A stretch of DNA of 64,000 bases from an uncultured Clostridia bacterium (GTDB taxonomy: Bacteria > Bacillota > Clostridia > TANB77 > CAG-508). The position numbers and the translations under genes are program-made. The notes beneath the pieces are model-generated. The model was not told the origin of the DNA. It was given only the letters and a program-made list of their open reading frames with translations, and ran no database searches. Position 1 is the first letter of the stretch; each line of letters starts with the position of its first letter. Positions 18,438 to 29,170 of this stretch are shown here, one piece after another. The stretch covers positions 3,071 to 67,070 of the forward strand of contig CANRED010000002.1 of the NCBI GenBank assembly GCA_947629555.1. Direction: 5' to 3'.

Positions 18438-18511
18438 GCAGGTGTAGTTCAATGGTAGAACCCCAGCCTTCCAAGCTGGCTACGTGGGTTCGATTCCCAC
18501 TACCTGCTCCA
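18438..18511 (+). tRNA. tRNA-Gly (TCC)
   Basis: Acceptor GCAGGTG/TACCTGC (one mismatch at the T-stem end), anticodon stem CCAGC/GCTGG with loop CTTCCAA, T loop TTCGATT, CCA encoded. Followed by the hairpin AATTACGAAC/GTTCGTAATT plus a T-run. Confidence 0.85.
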
Positions 18512-18557
18512 AACAAAAAATTACGAACTTTATTAGTTCGTAATTTTTTTGCACTTA

Positions 18558-19736
18558 TTATTCTTTTGGATAATCTTCTACATATCCAATTTGTGAATCT
18601 ATTTCAATCCAAGTTCCATCTTCCATTTGTATTTCATTCCACTGATGTTCCCACTTATTTGCATTAATATGTTTACTTTGTAAACCAGCTGCATTACACA
18701 TTAAAGTAACAGCTTTACAACGACCAGAGCATGCAGCCTTTTTTAAAATAAGAGCGGCATAGGCTTCATTTCCAAAATTTGTTTTATAATCTTCAAGAGA
18801 TTGATCCTCTTGTCTTTCTACATTATCAGCAATATAATAGCAAATTGCTTTTGCTTTTTCATAATTAGTCATTCCAGGTGTTATAATTCGAGAAACTACA
18901 CGTTTAGCCTCTGCTTGAGCAAGTGACAATCTACCAGCAAGTGTACTTTCAGGAGATGCACTACTTGAACTTCCGGAAGAAGTATTTCCACTAGTTGAAC
19001 TACCACTAGAAGAACTACTTGATTTTTTATTATTAGATGTACTACCACTAGTAGTTGGCTTAGGGGAAGGAGTAACAGCTTTTTCTTTTACTGTAACAGT
19101 AAATTCTTGAGTTGTTTCATTTTTATTTTTATCTACTGCTTTTGCAGTTAGTGTATATGTACCTGCTTTATTAGCATCAAATTCTCCTTCTACAATTACT
19201 TCTAAATCGCCATCTATTTCATCTTTTGCAGTAATACCTTGTTTTACATCAAAAGTGTCACCTTCTGTTATTTCAATATCTTGTACACCAGATAGTACTG
19301 GTTTTTGAGTATCTACAATTTCCCATATAAATTCCTTTTGTGATACAATATTTTGATTTAAAAATAAAACTTTATCACAACTAATAGTTATTTTAATTTT
19401 AACATTTCCAACATCTTCAAAAATATATTCTTCAGATGGACTAAAAACTTCATCATTAATTTTTATTTCAATTATACTATTTTCAGCAAGTTCATTACTG
19501 GCAACGAGTTTTCCTAAAATATTTTCATAAGTTATACTATCTCCATATTCAATAGTTTCTTGAATTTCTTTTATAGCATTTGCATTTTTTATTTGTATGT
19601 TGTTTTTTTCATTTTGAATATAAAAATATCCGCCAATAATTAAAGTAACAGCTAGTAAAATCAAAATAATAAATATAATTAAAAATACTTTTAGACCTGT
19701 ATGTTTTTTCTTAGGAAGTTTCTCTTCATCAGACAT
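18558..19736 (-). CDS. membrane-anchored surface protein with Ig-like (DUF5011-type) domain, Ser-rich linker and transglutaminase-like C-terminal domain
   Basis: N-terminal TM helix. Ig-like segment KPVLSGVQDIEITEGDTFDV...GTYTLTAKAVDKNKNETT. A poly-Ser/Gly/Thr linker. C-terminal Cys...His...Asp arrangement (AACSGRC, WEHQWNE, WIEIDS). Confidence 0.6.
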   Translation of the reverse strand: MSDEEKLPKKKHTGLKVFLIIFIILILLAVTLIIGGYFYIQNEKNNIQIKNANAIKEIQETIEYGDSITYENILGKLVASNELAENSIIEIKINDEVFSPSEEYIFEDVGNVKIKITISCDKVLFLNQNIVSQKEFIWEIVDTQKPVLSGVQDIEITEGDTFDVKQGITAKDEIDGDLEVIVEGEFDANKAGTYTLTAKAVDKNKNETTQEFTVTVKEKAVTPSPKPTTSGSTSNNKKSSSSSSGSSTSGNTSSGSSSSASPESTLAGRLSLAQAEAKRVVSRIITPGMTNYEKAKAICYYIADNVERQEDQSLEDYKTNFGNEAYAALILKKAACSGRCKAVTLMCNAAGLQSKHINANKWEHQWNEIQMEDGTWIEIDSQIGYVEDYPKE

Positions 19737-19918
19737 ATTAATTCCTCCTTTGTATACTATAATATAATTATATTACTTTATTCGACAATTTTCAAATAAA
19801 ATAATATGGAAAATATTGCGTGATTATTACTAAAATTTATGATAAAAATATACACATTTAAGGAAATATATGGTATACTTATTATATTGCTATAAAAATA
19901 ATATATAAGAGGTGACTT

Positions 19919-20824
19919 ATGGGATTTTTCGAAAAGCTAAAAACTGGATTAGGCAAAACAAGAGATTCATTTAATGAAAAAATGAACAATGTATTTAGTG
20001 CATTTAGAAAAGTGGATGAAGAATTATTAGATGAATTAGAAGAAATATTAATAATGTCAGATATAGGTGTTGAAACATCAACTAAAATAATATCAAATTT
20101 AAGAGATAGAATAAAAAAAGAAAAAATTACAGAAGAAACTGATGTAAAAAAAGCATTAAAAGAAGAAATGGTAAAAATATTAGAGGAACCCAATAAAGAA
20201 TTAAAATTAAATACAAAACCATCAATTATATTAGTTGTAGGAGTTAATGGAGTAGGAAAAACTACTTCAATAGGTAAAATCGCAAATAGACTGAAAAAAG
20301 ATGGAAAAAATGTAGTAATTGCAGCAGCAGATACATTCAGGGCAGCAGCGGTAGAACAATTAGAAATATGGGCAAATAGAGCAGGGGCAAAACTTATAAA
20401 AAAAGACGAAGGTTCAGATCCGGCATCTGTAATATTTGATGCAATAAAGGTAACAAAAGAAGAAAATGCTGATGTATTAATTTGCGATACAGCAGGAAGA
20501 TTACACAATAAAAAATATCTTATGGATGAATTACAAAAAATAAAAAAAGTTATAGACAGAGAATTGCCAGAATGTGATAAAGAAATATTGATTGTTTTAG
20601 ATGCTACAACAGGACAAAACGCAATTTCACAAGTAAAGGCATTTAAAGAAACAGTAGATTTAACAGGTATTGTACTTACGAAATTAGATGGAACAGCAAA
20701 GGGAGGAGTAATTTTAGGAATAGTATCCGAAAACGACATACCAGTTAAGTTTATAGGAGTAGGAGAACAAATAGATGATATGGAAATATTTAATGCTGAA
20801 GAATTTGTTGATGCAATAATATAG
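19919..20824 (+). CDS. ftsY: signal recognition particle receptor FtsY
   Basis: NG domain motifs GVNGVGKTT, DTAGR, TKLDGTAKGG. Confidence 0.95.
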   Translation: MGFFEKLKTGLGKTRDSFNEKMNNVFSAFRKVDEELLDELEEILIMSDIGVETSTKIISNLRDRIKKEKITEETDVKKALKEEMVKILEEPNKELKLNTKPSIILVVGVNGVGKTTSIGKIANRLKKDGKNVVIAAADTFRAAAVEQLEIWANRAGAKLIKKDEGSDPASVIFDAIKVTKEENADVLICDTAGRLHNKKYLMDELQKIKKVIDRELPECDKEILIVLDATTGQNAISQVKAFKETVDLTGIVLTKLDGTAKGGVILGIVSENDIPVKFIGVGEQIDDMEIFNAEEFVDAII

Positions 20825-20832
20825 GAGGTAAT

Positions 20833-23595
20833 ATGCAAACAGAAAATGGAAAAATAGAAATACAAAAGAAAAGTAAAAAAAGAATGTTACTTGTTTTGAT
20901 TTTTTTAGCTATATATCTATTATATTGCTATATTACACTTAGAGGAAATTATTTAGCAGTATTAGAAATAGGAGAGCAATATACAGATGTATTTACAAAA
21001 AATGTATATTATAAAATAATTTGTAGTTTTGCTAATTTTGCAGTTATATTCTTAAGCATTTACATAACTACAAACATAATAAAAAAAGGATTAAAAAAGT
21101 TTTTTGCAGAAGAAAAGAAACCGTTCCCTAAATTACCAAATAAGTCAATAGCATTTATTGTAAGTATTATTGTAACAATGTTTGCTTCAGATATGTTAAC
21201 GCAAAAAGTTATGCTTATGTTTCATAGTGGATGGTTTGGTGAGACAGATCCAATATTTAATTTAGATATAGGATATTATATGTTTCAAAAACCATTTATA
21301 GAATTTATATTAATATATTTTATGGTATTAATTATAGCACTTACTATATATATAGCAGCTTATTACATAATAGTTTTCAATAAATACTTTCAAGAAGGAA
21401 TAAATCCGGAAACTTTAAAGAAAAATACCTTTATAAAGCAATTAATGGTAAATATTATGATTATTGCAATATTAATATCTGGATTAGTATTTGTAAAAAC
21501 ACAAGATATATTGTATGGCAGTATTTTAAATTTAGCTAACAGCGAGAAAACAACATTATTAGGAGCAGGATTATCTGATGTTACAATAAAATTATGGGGA
21601 TATAGAATACTTGCAGTATTGATAACTGTTTGTGTATTTTTAGCAATTAGATTTTTTAAGAAATCAAAAACAAAAAAACTTATTGTATCTTTGTTTGTAA
21701 TACCAGTTTATTTAATAATTATGTTTGTTATAATTATTGGATTTGACTTGTTATATGTTAATCAAAGCAAATTAGATAAAGAAAAAGAATATATATATTA
21801 TAACTTAAGAAACACAAAACAGGCTTATGGAATTGATATACAAGAAATAGAAATAGATAATAGTCAAATTGAAGAGCTAGAAGAAATAAAAGATTACGAA
21901 GAGGTTTTAAATAATATTAATTTAGTAACAAGAAATGTAACACTTGAAAATTTGCAACTGTATCAAACAAATTTAGGATATTATAACTATAAAAATCCAA
22001 AGATTGGATTATATGATATACAAGGAAAATCATCACTTGTGTATGTAACTCCAAGGGAAATAGTAAGTAATGCAACAGGAAGAACTTATAATAATAAAAC
22101 ATATCAATATACACATGGATATGGTGCAGTTATTACATCTGCTGTTTCAACATCAGAATTAGGGAATGTTAATTATATACAAAAAGAATTTGATTTATCA
22201 GATGAAAAGATAGATATAAATGAGCCTAGAATATATTTCGGACTATCAACAGATGAAACTGTTGTAACTAAAGCAAAAAACACATTAGAATATGATTATC
22301 CAAAAACAAATACAACAAATAGCGAAAATACATATAATGGACAATCTGGATTAAATTTAAACTTTTGGGATAGATTAATTTTAGGAATATCAAAAGGAGA
22401 TTTAAAATTAGCATTCTCTACTAATGTAACTAAAGATAGTAAGATATTAATAAATAGAAACATAGTAGAACGTGCAAAAACAATAATGCCGTATTTAATG
22501 TATGATACTAATCCATATATGGTAATTACAGATGCCGGAAAATTAGTATGGGTACTAGATGCATATACAACTTCAAATAATTATCCATATTCTCAAGAAA
22601 CAATAATAGAAGTAGATGGATTTAAACATAAAATTAATTACATAAGAAATTCAGTAAAAGTATTAATTGATGCGTATGATGGAACAGTAAAATTTTATTT
22701 AACAGATAAAACTGATCCAATAGCAATGGCATATAATAACATATATCCAACTTTATTTGAAGAAAACGAAATACCAAAAGATATAGGAAAACATATTGTA
22801 TATTCAGAATATTTATATAATATTCAAGCACAAATGATATCACTATATCATGATGTACAAACAGAAGTATTGTATAGAGCAGATGATGTGTGGACAATAG
22901 CAGATCAAAATATTTCTAATGTATCAGCAAATTCAGCTACTCCGATAGAACCATATTATACTGTTGTAAAAACAGTAGATTCAGAAGAAAGTAAATTAGG
23001 ATTAGTAGTACCATATACACAAGTTGGAAAGCAAAATATTGTATCATACTTAATAGGTACATATGATAACAACAGTAAAGCTCGATTAACTATATACAAA
23101 TATAAAGAAGGTAGCAATATATTAGGACCAATTCAGTTAGATACTCAAATAGAAGAGGATGAAGAATTAAATAATGAAATTGCTTCGATAAATGTTACAG
23201 GAACAAAAATTATAAGAAATATGATAATAGTTCCAATAGACAATGCGTTGTTGTATGTAGAACCAATTTATCAAGTTATGCTTAATGAAAATCAAGAACC
23301 AAGGTTAAAAAAGGTAGTAGTGGCAACAGGAACAAAGCTAGCTATAGGAAATAACCTAGAAGAGGCCCTAACAAATCTTTCATCACAATATGCAGTAAAT
23401 ATAGAAGTAGAAAATACTGAAACAATAGAAGATTTAATAAAAGCAATAATAAAAGCAAATAATAATTTAGAAGAATCTAGTGAAAGCAACGATTGGGAGC
23501 TAATTGGAAAAGATTTACAAAGGTTACAAAATTTAGTAAACGAATTAGAAAAAAGAGTTGAAGAAGATAAACAAAATGACTATGTACAAGAATAA
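20833..23595 (+). CDS. UPF0182-family large membrane protein
   Basis: About 920 aa, with several N-terminal TM helices followed by a large extracytoplasmic region. The overall layout matches the UPF0182 (COG1615) family as I recall it. Confidence 0.65.
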   Translation: MQTENGKIEIQKKSKKRMLLVLIFLAIYLLYCYITLRGNYLAVLEIGEQYTDVFTKNVYYKIICSFANFAVIFLSIYITTNIIKKGLKKFFAEEKKPFPKLPNKSIAFIVSIIVTMFASDMLTQKVMLMFHSGWFGETDPIFNLDIGYYMFQKPFIEFILIYFMVLIIALTIYIAAYYIIVFNKYFQEGINPETLKKNTFIKQLMVNIMIIAILISGLVFVKTQDILYGSILNLANSEKTTLLGAGLSDVTIKLWGYRILAVLITVCVFLAIRFFKKSKTKKLIVSLFVIPVYLIIMFVIIIGFDLLYVNQSKLDKEKEYIYYNLRNTKQAYGIDIQEIEIDNSQIEELEEIKDYEEVLNNINLVTRNVTLENLQLYQTNLGYYNYKNPKIGLYDIQGKSSLVYVTPREIVSNATGRTYNNKTYQYTHGYGAVITSAVSTSELGNVNYIQKEFDLSDEKIDINEPRIYFGLSTDETVVTKAKNTLEYDYPKTNTTNSENTYNGQSGLNLNFWDRLILGISKGDLKLAFSTNVTKDSKILINRNIVERAKTIMPYLMYDTNPYMVITDAGKLVWVLDAYTTSNNYPYSQETIIEVDGFKHKINYIRNSVKVLIDAYDGTVKFYLTDKTDPIAMAYNNIYPTLFEENEIPKDIGKHIVYSEYLYNIQAQMISLYHDVQTEVLYRADDVWTIADQNISNVSANSATPIEPYYTVVKTVDSEESKLGLVVPYTQVGKQNIVSYLIGTYDNNSKARLTIYKYKEGSNILGPIQLDTQIEEDEELNNEIASINVTGTKIIRNMIIVPIDNALLYVEPIYQVMLNENQEPRLKKVVVATGTKLAIGNNLEEALTNLSSQYAVNIEVENTETIEDLIKAIIKANNNLEESSESNDWELIGKDLQRLQNLVNELEKRVEEDKQNDYVQE

Positions 23596-23610
23596 TATGA
23601 ATATAAATAA

Positions 23611-23643
23611 AAAAATCATCCAAACTACATTTGGGTGATTTTT
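23611..23643 (+). terminator. hairpin terminator after the UPF0182 gene
   Basis: AAAATCATCCAAA pairs with TTTGGGTGATTTT (one G-T wobble). It abuts the next start codon. Confidence 0.55.
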
Positions 23644-23644
23644 C

Positions 23645-23926
23645 ATGTTAAAGGATTTAAAAAATAAGATAGATAAAATATACGAAAATTTTGAAAAGGC
23701 AAATATAATGGAAATAACATATATATTGGGCAACAAAAAAGAAATACTAAAAAGAAATTTTATTGCAGGCATTTCAAGAGGAGTAGGAATAGGAATAGGA
23801 GTTACATTAATAACAGCTTTATTAGTGTATATATTGCAAAAAATAATATTATTAAATATTCCAATTATAGGAGATTATATATCGGATATAGTAGAAATTG
23901 TAGAAAACAATGCTGGTAAGGTCTAA
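23645..23926 (+). CDS. small membrane protein (DUF5665-like)
   Basis: 93 aa, with NFIAGISRGVGIGIGVTLITALLVYIL in the TM region. Confidence 0.55.
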   Translation: MLKDLKNKIDKIYENFEKANIMEITYILGNKKEILKRNFIAGISRGVGIGIGVTLITALLVYILQKIILLNIPIIGDYISDIVEIVENNAGKV

Positions 23927-23991
23927 AAATATGTTTACAAAAAGTATATAATGATATAAAATGTATAAGAATTATTTTCGGTAAGGAGAGA

Positions 23992-25053
23992 ATGATAATG
24001 AAAATGAAAAGAATAATAATAGCCATAATATTAATTGCAATATTATCTGGAATTGCAGTAGTAATAAATAAGAATAAAAATGAAGAGGTACCTATAGAAG
24101 AAAATACAAATGTTGTAGATACTGAAGAAAAGGAAATAGAAGAACAAGAAGTTGCAGATAATCCTTTAGCAATTCATGGAGCATTAAAAGTAGAAGGAAC
24201 AAATATAGTTGATAAAAATGGACAAGTAATGCAATTAAAAGGAATAAGTACCCATGGATTACAATGGTATCCACAATATGTAAATAAAGAAGCATTTAAG
24301 TATATGATGGATGAATGGGGAATAAATGTTGTAAGACTTGCAATGTATTCAGACCCAAATGTTGGATATAAAAAAGAAATTCATAAAACAGTAGAAGAAG
24401 GTATAAATTACGCAACAGAACTAGGATTATACGTTATAGTAGATTGGCATATTTTATCAGATGGTAATCCTAACTTACATAAAACAGAGGCGATTGAATT
24501 TTTTAAAGAAATTGCAAATCTTTATAAAGATAATGAAAATATAATATATGAAATCTGTAATGAGCCAAATGGAAACGTAACGTGGGAAAGAGATATAAAG
24601 CCTTACGCACAGGACGTAATAAAAGAAATAAGACAAATAGATGTAGATTCAATAATAATATGTGGAACACCAACTTGGTCACAAGATGTGGATATTGTTG
24701 CGAAAAGCCCAATAGAAGGATATGATAATATTATGTATGCATTACATTTCTATGCAGCAACACATACTGACTGGCTAAGAAATAAAGCACAACAAGCCAT
24801 AGATAGTGGATTACCAATATTTGTGTCAGAATTTAGTATATGTGATGCATCTGGAAATGGAGCAATCGATTATAATCAAGCAGAAGAATGGATAAAATTT
24901 TTAAGTAAAAATAATATAAGTTGGGTATTATGGAATCTATCAAATAAGCAAGAAACATCTGCAATAATATTATCAAATTGTAACAAAACAACTGGCTGGT
25001 TACAAGAAGAATTATCAGAAACAGGAAAATGGTTTGTAGAAAAATTAAAATAA
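23992..25053 (+). CDS. glycoside hydrolase family 5 (endoglucanase-like), membrane anchored
   Basis: N-terminal TM helix. GH5 catalytic signatures ICNEPNG (acid/base Glu) and FVSEFS (nucleophile Glu). Alternative starts at 23998 and 24004. Confidence 0.8.
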   Translation: MIMKMKRIIIAIILIAILSGIAVVINKNKNEEVPIEENTNVVDTEEKEIEEQEVADNPLAIHGALKVEGTNIVDKNGQVMQLKGISTHGLQWYPQYVNKEAFKYMMDEWGINVVRLAMYSDPNVGYKKEIHKTVEEGINYATELGLYVIVDWHILSDGNPNLHKTEAIEFFKEIANLYKDNENIIYEICNEPNGNVTWERDIKPYAQDVIKEIRQIDVDSIIICGTPTWSQDVDIVAKSPIEGYDNIMYALHFYAATHTDWLRNKAQQAIDSGLPIFVSEFSICDASGNGAIDYNQAEEWIKFLSKNNISWVLWNLSNKQETSAIILSNCNKTTGWLQEELSETGKWFVEKLK

Positions 25054-25080
25054 ATTTAGATGCCTTGGTTCCCTTATTAT

Positions 25081-25122
25081 ATGGAACGGACTAGGGTGTC
25101 GTTCCAATCCACGAAGACATAC
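25081..25122 (+). repeat. decayed REP-like unit H plus module 3 remnant
   Basis: GGAACGGACtagggtGTCGTTCC keeps the stem, but TGTAG is replaced by TATAT. It is followed by AATCCACGAAGACATACC, which resembles the CGAAGGCATACT of module 3. Confidence 0.6.
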
Positions 25123-25160
25123 CAGAGGAGAATTAAAATTACCCAAAAGGAGTTTTAAAT

Positions 25161-26108
25161 ATGAAAAAAGTATCTGTAGTAATACCTATGTACTATGAAG
25201 AAGAAGTTGCACAAGAATGTTATGAAAGAGTAGTAAAAGTATTAAAGAGCATACAAGATTATGAATACGAAATTATATTCATAAATGATGGCAGTAAAGA
25301 TAAAACATTAGAAATATTAGAAGCAATAGCAAAACAAGATAAAAATGTAAAAATAATATCTTTTTCTAGAAATTTTGGACATCAAGCAGCAGTAACAGCT
25401 GGAATAAAATATGTAACAGGAGATGCGGTAGTTATAATAGATGCAGACTTGCAAGATCCACCTGAATTGATACCAGAAATGCTAAAATTATGGGAACAAG
25501 GAAATGAAGTGATATACGGAAAAAGAAAAACAAGACAAGGAGAATCTAGATTTAAATTATTAACAGCAAAGTTATTTTACAAGACATTAAATGCATTATC
25601 TGATGTTGACATACCAAAAGATACAGGAGATTTTAGACTAGTAGATAAGAAAGTTATAGATGTAGTAAACTCAATGCCAGAACATAACAAATTCTTAAGA
25701 GGATTATTTAGTTGGGTAGGTTTTAAGCAAACGGCTTATGAATATGAAAGAAAAGAAAGATTTGCAGGCAAAACAAAATATCCATTTAAGAAAATGTTGA
25801 AATTAGCAGGAGATGGAATAATAAGTTTTTCTAGTAAACCACTAAAAATAGTAGGTGGACTAGGTATAATATCGATAATATTATCAATTATAATACTTAT
25901 ATATTCATTAATTTCATATATATTTGAACTAAATAGCTTAACTCCTGGCTGGACTTCAATAATGGTAGCAATAACTTTATTTAGTGGAGTGCAACTGTTA
26001 TCAATATGGGTAATGTCTGAATATATGGCAAGAATTTATGATGAAACAAAAAATAGACCACAGTATATAATAGATAAAAAAATAAATGTAAATGAGGAAG
26101 AACAATGA
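25161..26108 (+). CDS. GT2 polyprenyl-phosphate glycosyltransferase (GtrB/CsbB-like) with two C-terminal TM helices
   Basis: VVIPMYYEEE, INDGSKD and IDADLQDPPE motifs, plus a C-terminal membrane anchor. Confidence 0.8.
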   Translation: MKKVSVVIPMYYEEEVAQECYERVVKVLKSIQDYEYEIIFINDGSKDKTLEILEAIAKQDKNVKIISFSRNFGHQAAVTAGIKYVTGDAVVIIDADLQDPPELIPEMLKLWEQGNEVIYGKRKTRQGESRFKLLTAKLFYKTLNALSDVDIPKDTGDFRLVDKKVIDVVNSMPEHNKFLRGLFSWVGFKQTAYEYERKERFAGKTKYPFKKMLKLAGDGIISFSSKPLKIVGGLGIISIILSIIILIYSLISYIFELNSLTPGWTSIMVAITLFSGVQLLSIWVMSEYMARIYDETKNRPQYIIDKKINVNEEEQ

Positions 26109-26277
26109 TAAAATTAATTGAAAAAATAATTGATTTCTTTATAAAGTTATTGGGACGAGAAGTATTTTAGTAGATAAATTAGGTTGGAATGGACTAATTT
26201 GTAAAGTATTAGTAAACATATTAGTAATTATATTAAATTATATAGCAAGCAAATTGATTATATTTAAAAAGAAGTAG
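26105..26277 (+). pseudogene. GtrA-family flippase remnant (internal deletion plus frame change)
   Basis: ATG 26105 overlaps the GT2 stop (ATGA) and the frame stops at TAG 26168-26170 after 21 codons. A different frame (26179-26277) encodes LGWNGLICKVLVNILVIILNYIASKLIIFKKK, which matches the C-terminus of the intact GtrA at 43495-43926 (IVIILNYIASKLVIFKSK). Confidence 0.7.
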
Positions 26278-26329
26278 ATGAAACAGTAAAAAATTAGTAT
26301 ATGTTTATATAATATTGTCGCATTTTGCC

Positions 26330-26358
26330 TTGACAAATTATAGCATAAAGTATAAAAT
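26330..26358 (+). promoter_or_regulatory. sigma-A type promoter upstream of the wecA/tagO-like gene
   Basis: TTGACA (26330-26335), 17-nt spacer, TAAAAT (26353-26358). Confidence 0.55.
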
Positions 26359-26382
26359 TGTTCCTAAAGGAGATTGAAAAAT

Positions 26383-27462
26383 ATGTGGGGAGATATAGCA
26401 ATAGCATTTTTACTGGCTTTTATAACATCATATGTTTTTACACCTTTTTCAATAAGATTAGCGAAAAAAGTCAAAGCATGGGATATTCCCAAAGATAAAA
26501 GAAAAATACATAAAAAGCTAATGCCAAGATTAGGTGGATTAGCAATTGTTATAGGATTTTTAACGTCAACAATATATTTAATTATTGTAATGTCATTAGA
26601 AAATAAGTTAGATATAATAAGTGATGATAATTATAAAAAAATTATAGGTGTTTTTATTGCTATAGCTGTTTTAGAATTATTTTGCTATTTAGATGATACT
26701 AAAGGAATAAAACCTATAATTAAGTTGTTTGGACAGCTATGTGCTGCTATTATTGTTATAAAAAGTGGATTGGTAATAGACAGAGTATTTATACCAGGAA
26801 AAGAAACGTTTATCACAAATGAAATATTTTTAAATATACTTACAGTAGTTTGGATTGTAGGTATAACAAATGCTATAAATTTAATGGATGGTTTAGATGG
26901 TTTGTCTAGTGGAATTTCGTTAATTGCATCTATATGTTTAACAATAATATTTGCATTAGGAAATTCTCCAATAATTTCAATTATATTTGCTACAGCATTA
27001 GCAGGAGGAATATCTGGATTTTTACCATTTAATTCTAATCCAGCACGAACTTTTATGGGAGATACAGGATCTAACTTTATAGGATTTTTATTGGCGATTA
27101 TATCAATAATGGGAGTAGTAAAAACATATACTGCAATAATACTTATTGCTCCATTATTAATATTAGCATTACCAATTTTTGATACATGTTCAGCAATGCT
27201 AAGAAGAATAATTAAACATAAATCTATTAAAGCTGTATTTGTTGCAGATAGAGAACATATACATCATAAATTAATAGATAGAGGATATACACAAAAACAA
27301 GCAGTAGCCATATTATATGGAATAAGTGCAATATTTGGATTAACTGCTATTATATTAATAGAAAGTGGATTCTGGAAAGCGTTATCATTTATTTTATTTG
27401 TTGCAGCAATAGTAGCAATAGGATATAAAGATATTCTAAAACCACAAAAACAAAATAAATAA
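26383..27462 (+). CDS. GT4-family (MraY/WecA/TagO) undecaprenyl-phosphate HexNAc-1-phosphate transferase
   Basis: Polytopic membrane protein with NAINLMDGLDGL and MGDTGS motifs. ATG 26383 is preferred over the tracked TTG 26374 because of RBS spacing. Confidence 0.85.
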   Translation: MWGDIAIAFLLAFITSYVFTPFSIRLAKKVKAWDIPKDKRKIHKKLMPRLGGLAIVIGFLTSTIYLIIVMSLENKLDIISDDNYKKIIGVFIAIAVLELFCYLDDTKGIKPIIKLFGQLCAAIIVIKSGLVIDRVFIPGKETFITNEIFLNILTVVWIVGITNAINLMDGLDGLSSGISLIASICLTIIFALGNSPIISIIFATALAGGISGFLPFNSNPARTFMGDTGSNFIGFLLAIISIMGVVKTYTAIILIAPLLILALPIFDTCSAMLRRIIKHKSIKAVFVADREHIHHKLIDRGYTQKQAVAILYGISAIFGLTAIILIESGFWKALSFILFVAAIVAIGYKDILKPQKQNK

Positions 27463-27497
27463 TCTAGGAATAAATATACTAGGAGGAAATAAATACA

Positions 27498-28976
27498 ATG
27501 AGTAGAAAGCAAAAAAACAAAGAAAATGATAAAAGAAAAGGTAATAATATATTGCGCATTATTTTTATAATTATGACAATAGCATTTATTATAATAAGTA
27601 TAAGATTTTATTATTCTATTATAAATATGAATATGCTACCATCTTTGTATACAATAATTTTTACTGTTATAATTGCAGTAATTACAGTATTATTAGTTAT
27701 AGGTTTATCTAAAAAACATAAAACTTTAAAATTAAATATTATTTGTTTAATTTTAATAATTATAATGTCATCTATTTATGTTTTTGCCAATAAATATGTA
27801 GATGTAACAATGGAATTTTTAAGTAAAATACTTACAGAAATAGTTGAAGTAGAAGAATATTACGTTGTAGTAAAAGCTGATAGTCAATATAATGATTTAA
27901 ATGATATAAAAAATGAAGAAGTATATGTATTTCAAGTAGAAAATGAAATAACAGAAAAAATATTTTCAAATACAAATGTAGAAATAAGATTTGCAGATAA
28001 TTTAGTAACTTTAGGAAATGAACTAGTAAATAATCAAATAGATGCTATAGTTGTAAGTTCATCACAATATACTATGTTATCAGATCAAATAGAAAATTTC
28101 GCTAGTAAAACTAAAATTATAAAAAAAGAAATGCGCATAATAGAAAATCAAGCTACAATAGAAGATGCAAATTCAAAATATACTATAAAAGATAAGGTAT
28201 TTAATATATATATTAGTGGAATAGATACATTTGGAAACATAGAAGCAGTATCTAGAAGTGATGCAAACATGGTAGCAACAATAAATTTAAATACACATGA
28301 AGTACATCTTACTTCAATTCCAAGAGATTATTATGTAACATTACATAGTAAAAAAGCAAAAGACAAGTTAACACATTCTGGAAATTTTGGCATAGCAGAA
28401 ACAGTTACAACTGTTGAAGATTTACTTGATATAGATATAAATTATTACTTGAGAATTAATTTTACAACTGTTATAAAATTAGTAGATGCATTAGGTGGAA
28501 TTGATGTATATTCTGAATATGAGTTCTCACGCCATGGATACGATTTAAAAAATCAATATAATTTCAAAAAAGGATATAATCATCTAAATGGGGAAGCAGC
28601 ATTACTATTTAGTAGGGAAAGACTTTTAATACCTGATGGAGATAATCAAAGAATAAAAAATCAACAAAAAGTAATAGAAGCAATTATGAATAAAGTTTTA
28701 AATAGTAAAACAATATTAACTAAATATACAGATATTTTAAACTCGTTATCTCAAAGTTTTAACACTAATATAGATCAAGACGAACTTAGCAATATAGTAA
28801 AAATGCAATTAGAAAGTATGCCTAAGTGGAAAATTACTGAAGTTTCATTAACAGGAAAAGATGCGGAAAGAACCACTTATTCATTAGGAACTCAACCACT
28901 ATATGTTATGCTTCCAGATAATGATTCAATAGAGCATGCAAAAGATGAAATAAATAGAGTAATGCAAGAAAGATAG
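27498..28976 (+). CDS. LytR-CpsA-Psr (LCP) family glycopolymer ligase
   Basis: N-terminal TM helices and the LCP core (SIPRDYYV, LFSRERL). Confidence 0.85.
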   Translation: MSRKQKNKENDKRKGNNILRIIFIIMTIAFIIISIRFYYSIINMNMLPSLYTIIFTVIIAVITVLLVIGLSKKHKTLKLNIICLILIIIMSSIYVFANKYVDVTMEFLSKILTEIVEVEEYYVVVKADSQYNDLNDIKNEEVYVFQVENEITEKIFSNTNVEIRFADNLVTLGNELVNNQIDAIVVSSSQYTMLSDQIENFASKTKIIKKEMRIIENQATIEDANSKYTIKDKVFNIYISGIDTFGNIEAVSRSDANMVATINLNTHEVHLTSIPRDYYVTLHSKKAKDKLTHSGNFGIAETVTTVEDLLDIDINYYLRINFTTVIKLVDALGGIDVYSEYEFSRHGYDLKNQYNFKKGYNHLNGEAALLFSRERLLIPDGDNQRIKNQQKVIEAIMNKVLNSKTILTKYTDILNSLSQSFNTNIDQDELSNIVKMQLESMPKWKITEVSLTGKDAERTTYSLGTQPLYVMLPDNDSIEHAKDEINRVMQER

Positions 28977-29170
28977 CCTAAGATATAAAAATCATAATAA
29001 TATGTAACGAATTGAGTATAAATTTGTTACATATTATTATTTTATTAAGAAAAATACTTGCAAATATAAAAATAATGTAATATAGTAAGAAAAGATGTTA
29101 AATATGCATTTAAAATAGAATAAAACTGCAAGAAAAATATAGTAGAAAAAATGAAAAGTAGGAGTGAATT

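Noticed and set aside
19882-20865. 327-aa minus-strand ORF covering and exceeding the whole ftsY gene.
   Set aside because: Its translation is low-complexity and rich in F, S, I and L, with no RBS or motifs. It is the mirror image of a purine-rich, well-conserved sense gene (FtsY motifs are intact). Long open antisense frames are expected from this sense-strand codon bias.
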